From Mytilus edulis (lineage: Eukaryota), in the NCBI RefSeq assembly GCF_963676685.1, contig NC_092355.1, positions 51,398,001 to 51,462,000 of the forward strand: a stretch of 64,000 nt of DNA, in the 5' to 3' direction. Both the position numbers and the translations under genes were made by a program. A model generated the notes under the pieces. It was not told where the DNA came from, ran no database searches, and was given only the letters and a program-made list of their open reading frames with translations. Shown in pieces: positions 25,701-39,423 of the stretch (the stretch's first letter is position 1; every line of letters begins with the position of its first letter).

Positions 25701-27829
25701 CAAAATGAAAATTCTGTAAATATCACGTCGATGTTTTAAATCATCAATTGAAATTTCTCTGAGGAGAATGATCAACATAAATCTTTCAAATTAGTTCTAA
25801 TAATAGCGATATCACAGTGTTCATATTTCTATTGAAGATATCTTTTATACTGACGTCAAAAGTTCAATTATAAAAGTATTTCTAGACATATATGAACATT
25901 AATGGATATACCAGTTCTATTTTAGCATTTACAATATACGCTTTTGTTTAAATTTGGCATTGATGGGTTCAATTTATTTCCTATTATATGTTAACTTTTC
26001 ACACTGACTGTATGGCTCGTAGACTAAAAGGATATAATGCACATTGTTTGGCAAAATGTCATCTTATTGTATATTATAGAAGACTCCATTAATCAAGGAT
26101 ATTATAATTGAAATTTTAAAGATATCAGCACGACATGTATCATTTTATATCTATTTATACTTAAAACACTGACCACACATAATTTGAAAACACCTATTAA
26201 TTTAGCAAATCTTTCGCCGTCACAGTGTCTCATAATTAACAAAAATGAGCAGAAAGTAATGATATTCCAATAAAAAACTTTAGGCTAGAGGATTTTTGTC
26301 CAGTTCGAATTAAAAAAAAACACATTGGCTTATCATAATCCATGGGTTTGTGGCTACTCCAATAGAATGTATTATCTGTTATATAAATCCCCAGCAATGG
26401 ACCATGCAACCTGGATAAAGAAAGGGTGGATTACAACTATATGTCCCCTTTCAAATGCATTGATCGTAAAACAAAAGAGGGTTCCAACCCATAAACCGCC
26501 ACCTCCTGGATCCGCCACTGTGGTGTTTACATCTCCAGCGCTTGCCTTTATAGCTATAGCGTTTAAATTTACATTTGTATTGCAAGACTTAAAAAACAAC
26601 AACACTTTGTCTGAGTGAGACCAACAGGACTCCGCAATTTTGTCCGGCTATAAAAATGTGATCTCAATATTTCTAATTAAAATCTATCTCTAAAGACAGG
26701 CTGCAATGCGCAAATCCGGAGCCTTCTTGTTGTTATACTATCTTATTACACATACAAGTATCAACATCAACTGAGAAGTATGCACTCCATAAATTAAGGA
26801 CGGGAAGTTATTTATAGAAATATATAGATAATATCATGTTTAAAATTAAACGATTATTTTTTAGTAGATTTTAGTTTTGAATGCACATGTTTAAGCAGAT
26901 ATCTCTTTGCTGCAGCAAGAAAAAAAGTGGCTGAAGATGAATTCAGCATATATTTGACGGTGGATGATTTTTTTTTGTTATTTCAGTAAAACCCCATATA
27001 CTAGTGGTCGCTGACATTGTTGAGGTCTTCACTTATATCAAAATTACCACAACGATTATATATAAACCTCGAACTTATACTGTGAGCTTTTAAACTATTA
27101 CACGAGTAGAACAGTGTGCACATGCAACCAAAGACACATTCAACCGAATAATGAAGTGGTTGACACAAATCAATATCGTGCCTGTTCATTTAACTCTTTC
27201 TTCTTAGCTGTGACTTGACATTAAAGCTTGCATTCACAAGCAAACTGAACTATTTTGCTTTCTTTGATAGACATTAAAGGCTGCATTCACCCATGGGCTG
27301 ATTGTTTTTGTTTTCTTACTAGTATCATAATGTGCATTGTAAGTACTTATGTTATACTTAACCTAAAGGTAAATTGGTCAGCGAACCTTAGATCATGATT
27401 GAATTATTTTTCTAAATACGGATGTATCTGCTCGTTAAAGTAACAAAAGGATCAATACTAAAAACTTAATTAGGAAGAATTACTAACCAAACAGGACACA
27501 AATATAACCTTATCTTTAAGAAATAGTTCTATTTATAGATACACAGATTGACCGATAAACTTCTAAGGTATTTGTTTTGTCGTTCAAGATCTATTATACG
27601 TTATTATCCTACTATAATATGAGCATTAATGAAGTCTTCAATATCTAATACGGCTTTTGATGAAAAACAACAGCCTTTTCTTTTCTTATTAATGAAAGGT
27701 TGTTTGAGACTAGAATCAAATTAAATAAAGAATTTCGTAGGGCTTTATCCTTGTTGTGTACTGGTATATTTGCCTTTTTTATTTGTTTGTGTTAGTTTTA
27801 ACATACATTGTGGTTTTTTTTTATAGTGG

Positions 27830-28147
27830 ATTGGGAAAAAAATAATTACAACTTATATTAATCCCTTTCCACTTTGTTGGGGCGAGTGCTGCCTTGTAGT
27901 GGCATAGGTCTGCTTTTTTCCGAAATCTACAAGGGTGTCTTTTACATGCAAGTGACCCTCTATTAATACGGGTCAGCCATCAATCGTCCCCTTCAACGGA
28001 CTATTATCGTTTCTCAAGATCATACTCGAAAATGGCGTCAAGGGAGAGCCGAAAAGCCAGTCCCTGACATTTGCCCCAAGGAACAGTGAGCGAACCATGA
28101 ACCTTTTTGTTTATAGTCCGATGCGTTAACTACTGCACCACGGTTCT
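27830..28147 (-). mobile_element. tRNA-derived SINE (Deu/Nin-like central domain), older copy
   Basis: Colinear with 46203-46563; degenerate A/B boxes at the 5' end. Confidence 0.7.
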
Positions 28148-29653
28148 CTCAATTTGGTAGTGTTGTTTGTTTGTGCTCGAATGTTTTTGTTTGTCTGTTA
28201 GTTTATTTTATTAGTGACTATTGAACCTTCATGATATGTATTTGTACCATATTGCATATTATCTAATCACAATTTAAAAGTTAAAAAAAAACTGTAGATA
28301 AGAAACTTTGGATCCTTTTTAGTTTATCTCGATTTGCGCCTATTTTTTTTATAGACCGGACGGGGACATGTGCATGGTTGGTTTTCACTTTTTCCTGAAG
28401 ACTTAATCTTTTAAGGGAAAACATATTCTTTTTTTATATCACATCTCCACATTAATGTGAGTCCACAGTCTTTTGTTAGTCGAGTACACTGTATTCATAT
28501 CCCAAATTTAGATTGCATAATCGAGTAGTGTTACACAATATACGTAACTAACTTGGTTTTGTATTTCTGAAGCACCTGGGATCATCCTCGTTTTTTTGTT
28601 AGGGATTGTATTGTTCAGGTTTAATGTGCTTTGTTCTTTTGTATACAATGACTGTTTTTCGTATTTTCGTCACTGTCATTTATTGTTTCCACCCATATTG
28701 TTTGCATTTATGAGTTTGAATATTCCTTTGGGAACGTCGGCCTCTCTTTGGAGTCTAATGTTTTCCTTATTCATGTATTCTTCATAGATTTTTGTTCATC
28801 TTATTGTTATTCTATTCAATACTAAATTAATGTATATATTATGTATGTTTGTTCTTTCCAATTTTGTTTATATTGTTTATTTTTTTACTATTTTGGTCGT
28901 TTTTCGATTTTGTACCATGGCATTGCCATTGTTGTTTTAAGACTGACGAGTTTGAATTTCCCTTTGGTATTATATATTTTTCTCTTGCTTGTATAACTTT
29001 AATATAAATAACTAAACAGTATTCTAACAAGCATGAATACAAACAAGACATAATCAAAACAAGATTATAAACTTTGTGTCTCATAGGATTTAGTTATGGT
29101 GATAGTTCAGATACTATTCCACGAGATAAAGCGTTAAACCACGTCAGTGAAGCATTCGTCATGTCAGTTCGAGTACTAGATTGTCATCATTTTAATTAAA
29201 ATAATCGGCAAATTCCACGAAAATAAAGAAAAACATTCAAACATGGTTTAAGTATACATTAGTTAGATCGTTTGATCCACATCATTTCCATTACCACACA
29301 TACTCTTTTACTATTCTATGAAATCTAACGTTATTTAACCTGGATCCCTTCATATCTAAGCTGAAAAAATAATTGTGTAGTCATTAGGAATTTATCCCCA
29401 TTATCATATTCATTCCTTCGCCAAACAAACTAACGACATTTCATGCACAACAAACGCACACATGACGTCAAATAACATCACCTAAAACCAAAGTTTTGTC
29501 TGAAACATAACGATTGAAATCAAGCGTATTCATAAAATGTATATATAACATTTCCTCGGCGTACTGTTATCATACAAAAATGACAAATGAAACTGTTGAT
29601 AAGGACCCTCTTTGACCCAATTACCAAGTCTATTATTTCAAATTAATAGTGCA

Positions 29654-30144
29654 TCTATAATTGTAAAAAAAACGAGATTCAATTTGATAGCCAGCATGAC
29701 GTAAAAAAATATCAAAAAATCAACTTGATATTTAACTGCTATAAAACGATGGTATTGATTGCAAATAACACCATTTCAGCCCCCACTTTCCCCTCTACCC
29801 ACATATATGTTATCAATATAACCAATAATTAACAAGTTGATGGTCAAATGTGATACCGATTCGAATAGTATGTCACATATTTTCTTTAATCTAACATTCC
29901 TCATCTGTCAGGCGTACCACCAAATCCGACTTCCGTAATTATACAGTGATTAGTTCCGGTTGAATTAGGATAACCAGGACGGATTTAAACAGAAATATTT
30001 TGAAAGCAGATACAACTATGCACCTAATTATCAGCATGCCTTTATGAAATGACATTAAGAAAACTAAAATTCCAGACTGCAAATATAGAATATAGCGTAG
30101 ATGACTTCAGTCACGGTTTTCTCGATTTCACGGGTGTATTCAAA
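29654..30144 (+). mobile_element. Degenerate copy of the non-autonomous Helitron
   Basis: A|TCTATAAT start, colinear blocks with 1176-1957, decayed 3' end TTCAGTCACGG...CACGGGTGTATTC. Confidence 0.7.
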
Positions 30145-30515
30145 GGAATAAGACAGTTGGTGCCCATTCGTTTGTGTTTGAAATATTTATTTTGTCATTT
30201 GATAAGAGACTTTTCGTTTTTAATTTTCTTCGGTGTTCACTATTTTTGTGATTTTACTTTTTTTCTTATATATTAAAATAAAATAAAAACATATGACTGT
30301 GAGTTTAACCAGCACTGCCTGTTGTCTAGCCTTACTTACAAAGTGTTGACATTTTGACCCAGATAGACAAAACATATATACCGAAATCCAAATGAAAACT
30401 TAACGAAATGATCTGTATTTTAATTGAGTCAAAGAAAAAGAGGAAAGTATTGTTCGACAAACTAAGTCATAATGATAAATTAACTGTTTACACAACTTTG
30501 AATTTGTTTATTTGA

Positions 30516-31642
30516 ATTTATGATAAAAGGGATGATTTTTCATTTCCTATCGTTAATTATCCGTTTTTAGATGGTGACGTTCCCTTGTCACCATCTTACG
30601 GTGTTTATATATCTCAACTTGTACGATTCGCTCGTGTATGTAATAATGTTTTCGATTTTAACGAGAGAAATTTATGTATTACTGAAAAATTATTACACCA
30701 GGGTTTTCGATATCACAAACTAGTCAAAACATTTACTAAATTTCATCATCGGTATAAAGACATCATTCGTAAATATAGCTCAACATGCAGACTTCTAATA
30801 CGTTCAGGTATTTCACATCCAATTTTTTATGGTAATATTCTTTATAAAGCACAAAGGTGTCAGTATTCACCTCAGAAACTTACAAAACCCTTGAATAGAC
30901 TTATTAAGAAGGGATATAATTACGATACTGTTGTCAAGTCATTAAAGATTGCATATTTTGGCGTTACTATTGAGTCACTGATAAGGTCTTTGCATCGGAA
31001 CTAAACACATTTATTCTAAAAACAGTTGTTGGCATGACACGGGTTATGTTCTTCTCATATATGTTATGATGGTATGATACTAAACCCCTAACGGGAAGGA
31101 TTGTGCCTGATGTTCATATGATGAAATCATAATCTTTCAGTCAGTTTAATTGAAGTCTGGAGCTGGCATGTCAGTTAACTGCTAGTAGTCTGTTGTTATT
31201 TATGTATTATTGTCATTTTGTTTATTTTCTTTGGTTACATCTTCTGACATCAGACTCGGATTTCTCTTGAACTGAATTTTAATGTGCGTATTGTTATGCG
31301 TTTACTTTACTACATTGGTTAGAGGTATAGGGGGAGGGTTGAGATCTCATAAACATGTTTAACCCCGCCGCATTTTTGCGCCTGTCCCAAGTCAGGAGCC
31401 TCTGGCCTTTGTTAGTCTTGTATTATTTTAATTTTAGTTTCTTGTGTACAATTTGGAAATTAGTATGGCGTTCATTATCACTGGACTAGTATATATTTGT
31501 TTAGGGGCCAGCTGAAGGACGCCTCCGGGTGCGGGAATTTCTCGCTACATTGAAGACCTGTTGGTGACCCTCTGCTGTTGTTTTTTATTTGGTCGGGTTG
31601 TTGTCTCTTTGACACATTCCCCATTTCCATTCTCAATTTTAT
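30516..31642 (+). mobile_element. Penelope-like retroelement (Naiad-type), family 1, 5'-truncated; RT C-terminus 30516-31004 plus ~640 nt 3' UTR
   Basis: In-frame IYDKRDDFSFPIVNYPFLDGDVPLSPSYGVYISQLVRFARVC, homologous to the RT at 6286-7260; ends CCCCATTTCCATTCTCAATTTTATT. Confidence 0.85.
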
Positions 31643-31856
31643 TTGAAAAAACAAGTTTTTTTTCTACCCCATAAATAGATTACATGTACCACAGCTTGAT
31701 ATAATTAAAACCTTTCGAAATTGAGGGTCCTCCATTCTGTCCAAATGCTATCTTTATTTGGTCTTAATTAACTTTTTTATTTTTATGTCACAGATGACAC
31801 TTTTGTAGACGAAACGTGCGTCTGGGGTACAAAATATTCTCCTGGTATCTATGACT
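31643..31856 (+). mobile_element. 3' half of an old retrozyme monomer (5' part at ~30465-30510), split by the PLE insertion
   Basis: Both PLE flanks join to match the retrozyme consensus; decayed hammerhead at 31786-31827. Confidence 0.7.
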
Positions 31857-32360
31857 ATTATATATAAGTCAGATAAGTATCTTAGACGGCATAAGCGTTA
31901 TACATTTTAAACTGGTCATAAAACAATATAAATAAATTTGGTTGGAATTGAAGCAGAAAATTGAAAACAAATCGTTTGATTTATTGAAGTTTAACGCTAC
32001 TGTAGGAGCTGTTGGCTAGTTCAAATTGACTAGATTTCATTTTTGAGGAAGTTGTAGTTCTACAGAGATCACCACCGATTATTGGCATTAAAACTGTTAA
32101 TGTCTGAGTTGATCGCACCTTACAAGGATTAGGGTTTGAACAAACATCATCATTGTTGTCATCCCCGAGGAAGAACTTTTCAGACCACTCCGCTACTGAT
32201 GCCTCTAAATGTGTTTTTTTCTGTCTTGATTTAACACTGATACATAAAGGCCTAATTAAATTTAAAATTTAAAAAGATCATATTGCATTCAGACATGATC
32301 AAACTTACTATTTCATACAATTCATGAATAAATCAGGGACTGGATGTAAGATTTTTTCAT

Positions 32361-33408
32361 TTTAAATTGTTAACAAGCACTCACCAAAACATCAGATTTT
32401 CAAATCTTATACGTCATATGAATATATATATATATAACGATTCTAACACAGGGTATTTTTTGAGATAGTAACAAATAAAGTAAATGATATAAACACCTTC
32501 ATAATTTAAAAAGGGTGTTTCATTTCATGAAATATGGCATGCAAAATATTTAAGAGTAAACAATTATTGTCAGTAATTTTAAATGTTTTCATTAAAGAAA
32601 TAATGTGGCAGACATTCACGAAAAGGATAAGGCATACATTTAAAAGAAAAAAAAAATACAACCCAATTTGGAGAACATCAGGTAAGGGCTAATTTTGACC
32701 AAAGATTTGAGGTGCAACCAATGAACATTTTTTGACATTTTTTAAACACTTCAGTGTCTACTTTTGTCGATTCAATTAGTTTGTGTAAAATAATTTTAAT
32801 TCCAAAATCCGTCTGAAATTAGTGCAAATGCTACAATTGTACAGAATTCGCTGGAGATGAAAGTCTAGCACTGGACTTTTTTTTTATTTTTTAGTACACT
32901 ATTGTCTTCTATTATATTCTATTTTTGTTTGTTTATTTTTTTTTATCATAATGATACAATTTTTATATTCTCTTTCCTATCACGTAAAGCTCTACGTAAA
33001 AGACTACTATAATTGACGTATAAATTAAATTTCAGTGCTGACAATACCTTTATGTAACGTTATTTAGTCCCAACACACTGGCCTTATAATAACATTTAAA
33101 TTAACAATTATACAATGTGCCATTTGAATTAATCCCTAGGTTTAAAATTGGTAGCATTCTTTTTTTAAGGAATATATATTTTCACGATTATCGCTTATTT
33201 TGTCACTGCATTTGTAAGTTATTAAGAAAATTGTGACTATAAATATAAAACATATTTAAATTGTTAACAAGCACTCACCAAAACATCAGATTTTCAAATC
33301 TTATACGTAATATGAAAATATATGTATATAACGATTCTAACACAGGGTATTTTTTGAGATAGTAACACATAAATCAAAGGATATAGACAACTTCCTAATT
33401 TAAAAAGG
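32361..33408. repeat. Pair of ~153-bp direct repeats 894 bp apart (32361-32513 and 33255-33408)
   Basis: TTTAAATTGTTAACAAGCACTCACCAAAACATCAGATTTTC... near-identical in both copies. Confidence 0.85.
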
Positions 33409-35939
33409 TCGTACCATTTCAAGAGAGAGGCAATTTTGTAGCCCCATACCCTTAAAAGCAAAAAAATAAATTGTTTTCCAATATCTCTCTTTACTTTTAT
33501 AATTACTTATGTGCACGGAGAATCGGTTGGGTCTGAAGAAGTATACAGCCAGTAGAAAATAAGGTACGCAAGGATTTGTTAGCAAAGTTTCAGACCTATT
33601 CTACACACAAATCCAAAAACCAGCTGTCTTTATCACTCGCTGCATGCACATCAAATGAGAAATATAACACGAGTCTGTTTATTTTAGTTTGATTCTAACT
33701 GTTTAATTCACTTCTCATTATCGTGAACTTATAATAACTTTACTTTTGGGTGGCTGAAAGAATAAATCAATTTTCGGCTTGATGAAAACTAAGACATGTT
33801 TCTTTGTGGTATGTGCTTTGTTTATTGTTGAAGACCGTACAGTGACCTATAGATGACATTTTATGTGTCATAGGTCTCTTGGGGAGAGTTGACACATTAT
33901 TGTCAGACATCCGGCAGAGAATTCCGACTTTGGGATGTGGAACAGCTATGGTATTACTTACCTTTGTTTTTTTCTGTCATTTTTGGTGATACAAATTTAT
34001 CTTATTCGCTATATTTACTGATTTTTATAGAAGAATAACCACTGACTTCAAATATAAACGTTTGCGAAACTACCTTTCTATTACTAAAGTATTCCTTATC
34101 TATTTACAGTTACAGTAAAATATCCGGTAGATAACTCCTATTTGAGATGAGGAGCAGCTATGATACATGTATCATTTACTTTTATTTTTCGGTAATTTGT
34201 GGTAATACACATATGTATTTGTAGCTCTTCGAGTGTTTACGTGTAGATAGTCAAAAGTAACCTATACCAATGTACATACATTCAGATTTAAACGAACATT
34301 TCGAATGAGGTTTTGTTAATTAACAATATCATGGAATTATTGATAGCAGAAAAATCACAATTTATTCGAATTGGCTTTTCTTTCACTCTCACGCCTGATA
34401 ATGCCTTTCATTAAAATATTGTTAGATGCAAACTACAATTTAGTAATGTGATTGTTTTCACTATATCTACTTTGATTCTTACTTTTCATTTTGCAATTGA
34501 CTTGACCGTGTTCTCTATTATATTCTTTTGTTTACATGTACTTTGGTTCGCATGTTGCTCTTTTGATATTGTTTTGATTACATGTACAAATGATATACCT
34601 ATATAAGGATACAATCTTCAATAACATGCATTCATCACGCGATTACTCTACCATGAATAAGCCTTCATTAAATCTCAAGACCTTCACCTGGGTATGTTTG
34701 TTCTAATCTAATTCATAAAATAGTATAAAACAGGAACCTTGATCTGCTTTTGTTTATTCTAGAATGGAAACGTATTATTTGGAATAATAAACACCTCTTT
34801 AGAATAATGTAGCACGAGTCAGCATGATTTTCTAAAAAAACAGAGTAGTATAAGAATATCGGGTTGATCATCGCTTGATTTCTTAAATTTGTTACTTTCT
34901 GCCGTCCTAAAAGGCATGCAAAATTTGACACTGAACGTTGTTGAATATTTTCTATCATCTTAAACTTGCATGAAATATTTTACACTGTACGTTTTTTTTA
35001 TTATTATTTCCTATGGTCCTGAACTTGCAAGAATTATTTGAGCGATGATTTAGTATTTTTTCTTTGAAAATGTGGTGATCTAACTATATTTCCCTTTTCC
35101 ATCTGTCATTTCATATACTCAGTACTACAAAAAATGTCACGGTATTTTAATTTCAAATGGAGAAAAAAGTACCTGAATTCACCCTGATATTTGAAAACAA
35201 GATATGGGGTATAATCCATTGAACACAAACAGTACAACAAAAAGCAAAGAAACAGCGCTTTTATAGTCAACAACAATAGTCTGAAAATTAGTCTGACATC
35301 TTACCTTTTAAAATTTTATTTCTATACTATTTTTGCCGAACAACGGGAGTAGGGTACGTTCCTCCGGCTCTAATATTCAAGACACAAGACAAAACGTACC
35401 GATATAGAGTACTCGCATACTAAAAGCTAATCATATGTCGAAAAAACAAAACAAATACATGTATAGACTGTATTGTTAATTTTATTGTAGAACATGAGGT
35501 TCCACACAGTTTGAATTGCCTTGTTTACATGGTACGCAGCTGTCTCCTGCTAATTCATGTCTGGACGATAATTATTCCTATATTAAATATACATCGTGTA
35601 TATGATCGGATCACGTGGAACCGTCATTCACCTTTATTAAAAAAATATAATGTTAACTTTAAGCACTACTACCCTGTTGACTAACGTATTATTACAATTT
35701 TTGCAGATAATAAATATAATTAAAAACGAGAATATTAAATCATATAAAATGCACAGGAACCCACAACCCTCCACTTAACGAAAATAAAATAAATAACAAC
35801 ATTCGGACAAACAAAATTAAAAACAAACAAACAAAGTCATATACTGTAACGCATACTGTGTGACATATTTGCGATTGCTTAGCGTCCAGCGATTATTATT
35901 TAAACAATTCAAGTAGGTCCATAAATATTAAATATAAAA

Positions 35940-36080
35940 AAGAAGATGTGGAATTATTGCCAATCAGACTACTCTACACAAGAGACCAAATGACACAGAA
36001 AATACAACAATAGGTCACCGCACTACCTTTAAACAATGAACAAAGTCCATACCGCATAGTCAGCTATAAAAAGACCCGAA
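35940..36080 (-). mobile_element. Representative of an abundant short retroposed family (AAGATGTGG...GCCAATGAGAC end)
   Basis: Related copies at ~1048-1140, 8830-8910, 17495-17740, 19425-19600, 33815-33895, 41535-41990, 53720-54075, 56970-57130; one shared end and variable other end; strand is inferred. Confidence 0.65.
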
Positions 36081-36602
36081 AACTGTTCTGTGCGATTAAG
36101 ATTAATTGTAATTTAAAAAAAACATTTACTGCCTAAAAATGCCATTTTGGTGCAAAGTAACATTTTTGAAGTTAAAGATGCACAATTTTAACTGTACTGA
36201 GACAAAATGAGAGAAATATGAAAAGTCAAGTTGTCTCTGACTAGAGTGTTAATTATACATGTAGCAGGTTTGCTTGTATTTCATATCTATTTTATATCAG
36301 TTATTTCTGTATTGCTGATATTTTAATGCTTTTGTTTCTAAATCTCGGACTCCCATATCAAGTTCGAGTTTAATTTAGAAAATAACACTCAAACGGGTGG
36401 AACACTTTATCAAAATAGGGAAAATATTTGAAATGTTGTAGCATCTTCATTCTCTAAAAAAACTAAAGATTTCGATAAATTCTTTTTCCAACAATTACAT
36501 TTCTCCTTTTAACTGTAGTTCCAATGTAATTCCAATTTTGTGTTTGTTTATACATAATATTTTACACATGTGGTCAGCTAAATATTAACATTGTAAAAGA
36601 AA

Positions 36603-36830
36603 GGGGTCTCGGTGGCCGAATAGTCTAAGTAGTTTTACAACATTACATGTACCATTAGCCGATAAACACATTGGTTGTGGGTTCTAATCTCGCAGTTAGA
36701 CTCTAATCTTTACGAGGGTTGTCAGTTTTCAAGCATAAAGTCGGTGGTTCTCTTTGGGCACTCCGGCATCCGTAAACAATTACTACTGACCGGCACGAAT
36801 CAGACAACAGTGTTGAAAGTGGCACCAATA
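36603..36830 (+). mobile_element. tRNA-derived V-domain SINE
   Basis: Head GGGGTCTCGGTGGCCGAATAGTC (A-box-like), GGTTCTAATC (B-box-like), V-domain-like GTCGGTGGTTCTCTTTGGGCACTCCGG; further heads at ~55040-55090 and ~51025-51098 (minus). Confidence 0.6.
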
Positions 36831-39247
36831 GCCTCTAATTTATCGCGAAAAAAAGAAAGCATAACTAAATAATTTCGTGCACCTGATTTTAGAATGCATC
36901 TTCATTCTTTGGCGATTTATTTACACTACTGTCGTATGTTGAAAGATAAAGCGAATATAAACTATCGTAAATATATAGCTCTGACCTAACCTTGCTTGAA
37001 GTTAACAACAAATGTGTAAAACTGTGATAATGATCGTAGTGGAATCGACTAAAAAGGACAAATTCGGAGTAAAAAGAGATGTAAAGGATATATAAAGTAA
37101 TTTTAAGATTTTTTTAATTATGATTTTATAAATTTATAATATATAATGATCTTCCAATGTTTGCCATGACATTTAAATAAATGCACTGTTGTTTTTATTC
37201 CAGTGCTTCCTTAATATTTGTTTGTGTTGACTAAATTATTATTTGTATACCATGTATCTCTTTTCCCGCCCACTTCATCCACACTCATCTTTCTCAACAT
37301 TTGACATTTAATAGGATAGGTCAGACGAAAACATATCAGAATTCTAAGAATCTATTATAGTGTCTTTATTCGTTATATTAGTAGAGGCTATTGTAACAGT
37401 TATGAAAAACACACAAATGCTGAAAAAGCTTATAAATCGTATCTTTTCATAAAACTTTTTCATTAAAATTAAGTCTTGTTGAGGTTGTTTAGCATCTTTA
37501 TCGGTACTATACTGATTCATGTGACTGATTAAAGGCATTACTGGTAATTAAGATAAACTACATGAATAAAAGTGAATGAAGTTGATTCAATACCCTATCA
37601 TTCTGACGGATGCCATTCGATTCTGAACTTTAGTTCAATATTGTTGGTAAGATTTTATTATAATGTAAAACGATATATAACTTCTACATCGTTATGGAAC
37701 TGAAATACATTCTAGTATCTTCTACGTAATAAAACATAGTGCTTTAAGGTTAATAATTACACAATCACGCAACGAAAACATTTATAAACTATCAGACCGA
37801 TAACATTACCAATTAACTTGAATTGGAACTTCTCTTCTCCAGCTTTTATTTATATATTTAACATTAACAAGCATGCATCAATATACTATTAAAAATGTCA
37901 ACTATTAACAGTAGCGGCTATAGCTACCTTGACCTTTCGTAAAATATGTCGGGTTTAGTTTTAATGTTGTAGACCTTACATTACTTTTTAATGTGTTGAA
38001 TAATTAATTGTGGATGCATATTTTCATTTTTACCAGTGCCAAAACTTTGTATGTCTTATATTGGACCACTATTGACACTAGTCATGCTAGTGTTAAAAAA
38101 CTAAATCGGAAAATGAACAATGAATTAAATTTCTTGAAGAAGTGTTAAATAAACGCATTTATCACCAAATTCTATTTTCTATAGAAACTTCTCAAGTAGA
38201 AAGAAAATAAGTGAACACATCCTTCATTTTCCTTCTTTAAAAGCTGAAAAAATATGACAGACTTTTGATGGGGATATTATATTGTGACAATAAACCTTGC
38301 TTTGTATATATTGTAATATCGGTTTGAATTATAATGAATAAAAATGCACCATCCGCAAACTGTAAAAAACTACAACCACTCAGATTGATTGATGGTTGTT
38401 TGCAGTTCGTCTTGTGGCAAATATCGAATGTATGTTAAGAACGACCAACCACAGAGATGACAGCATCATAGATACATGTAACCTGATTGATTCACACGCA
38501 AACACGATGGGTTTAAATAGGTTGAATTATCCCTTACTTTCTCCTCGTATGACTTCAGGGTAAACTAAAACAGTCACGGTTGCAATCAAGTACGTCGAAT
38601 GTTTAATAAGCTTTTTGTATATCAGTTAATGGTATATTTATGTCATTTTTTGTTATTGTGATTAACAATTACTTTGCAGACTAATATAACGTATACATTA
38701 GGTAAGATTCATTATGGTACGATCACATGAAAAAATAATTAAAAATATGCATTTTGCGCTGCATTAAAAAAAGAAACAGTCGAATATAGTCATATTTCAT
38801 ATTAACCGAGACATAAACATGGATCTATGATCATCCATAACAGTGAATAGTGATACAGGTCATATTGGCGATAAAGAGAAATCAAATCCGGGTTTCAAAC
38901 TGAAAGAAAAACATCAACTATAATAGAAACATTGAACTGCAACAAAACTAACGGCAACTTTTATAGAAACGAACTATTTGATAACGACTTCTGTAAGAAA
39001 ATCTCGATGGTTGAACTTGGTTTTATGACTAGCCAAACCACCCGCTGATGTGACAGTGCTTTTAAACATAACGCTGAATTTACAGAATATATAGGAATAC
39101 TGTACACGTGATATCGAGAACAATCATGATCAGCCAATAGAAATACGGATAAAAATAATATAATGGTACGCTACAACATGTAAACCTCAGATTTACAACG
39201 GACATCTCCAATGAATTAATAAAATGATCTGTGCGTCACATGAATTA

Positions 39248-39423
39248 GGAGATAACCATGATAACTGTATTGCATTTTAAGCTTGGCCTTCGTACAACGT
39301 AGATTTTACTGTAGCAAATTGAGTTTACCTAGCGACGCGGAGCAGAGATAGGTAAACAGATATTTGCGACAATATAATCGAGTTTCAAGAAGGCCAAGCT
39401 TTGAATACAATACAGTTATCTCC
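39248..39423. mobile_element. Palindromic (fold-back) short element
   Basis: GATAACTGTATTGCATTTTAAGCTTGGCCTTC ... GAAGGCCAAGCTTTGAATACAATACAGTTATC with inner arms GTTTACCTA / TAGGTAAAC. Confidence 0.8.

Noticed and set aside
37344-37538. Hydrophobic minus-strand ORF resembling a membrane protein or GPCR fragment
   Set aside because: Not preserved as an ORF in the paralogous C modules; the hydrophobicity reflects T-richness
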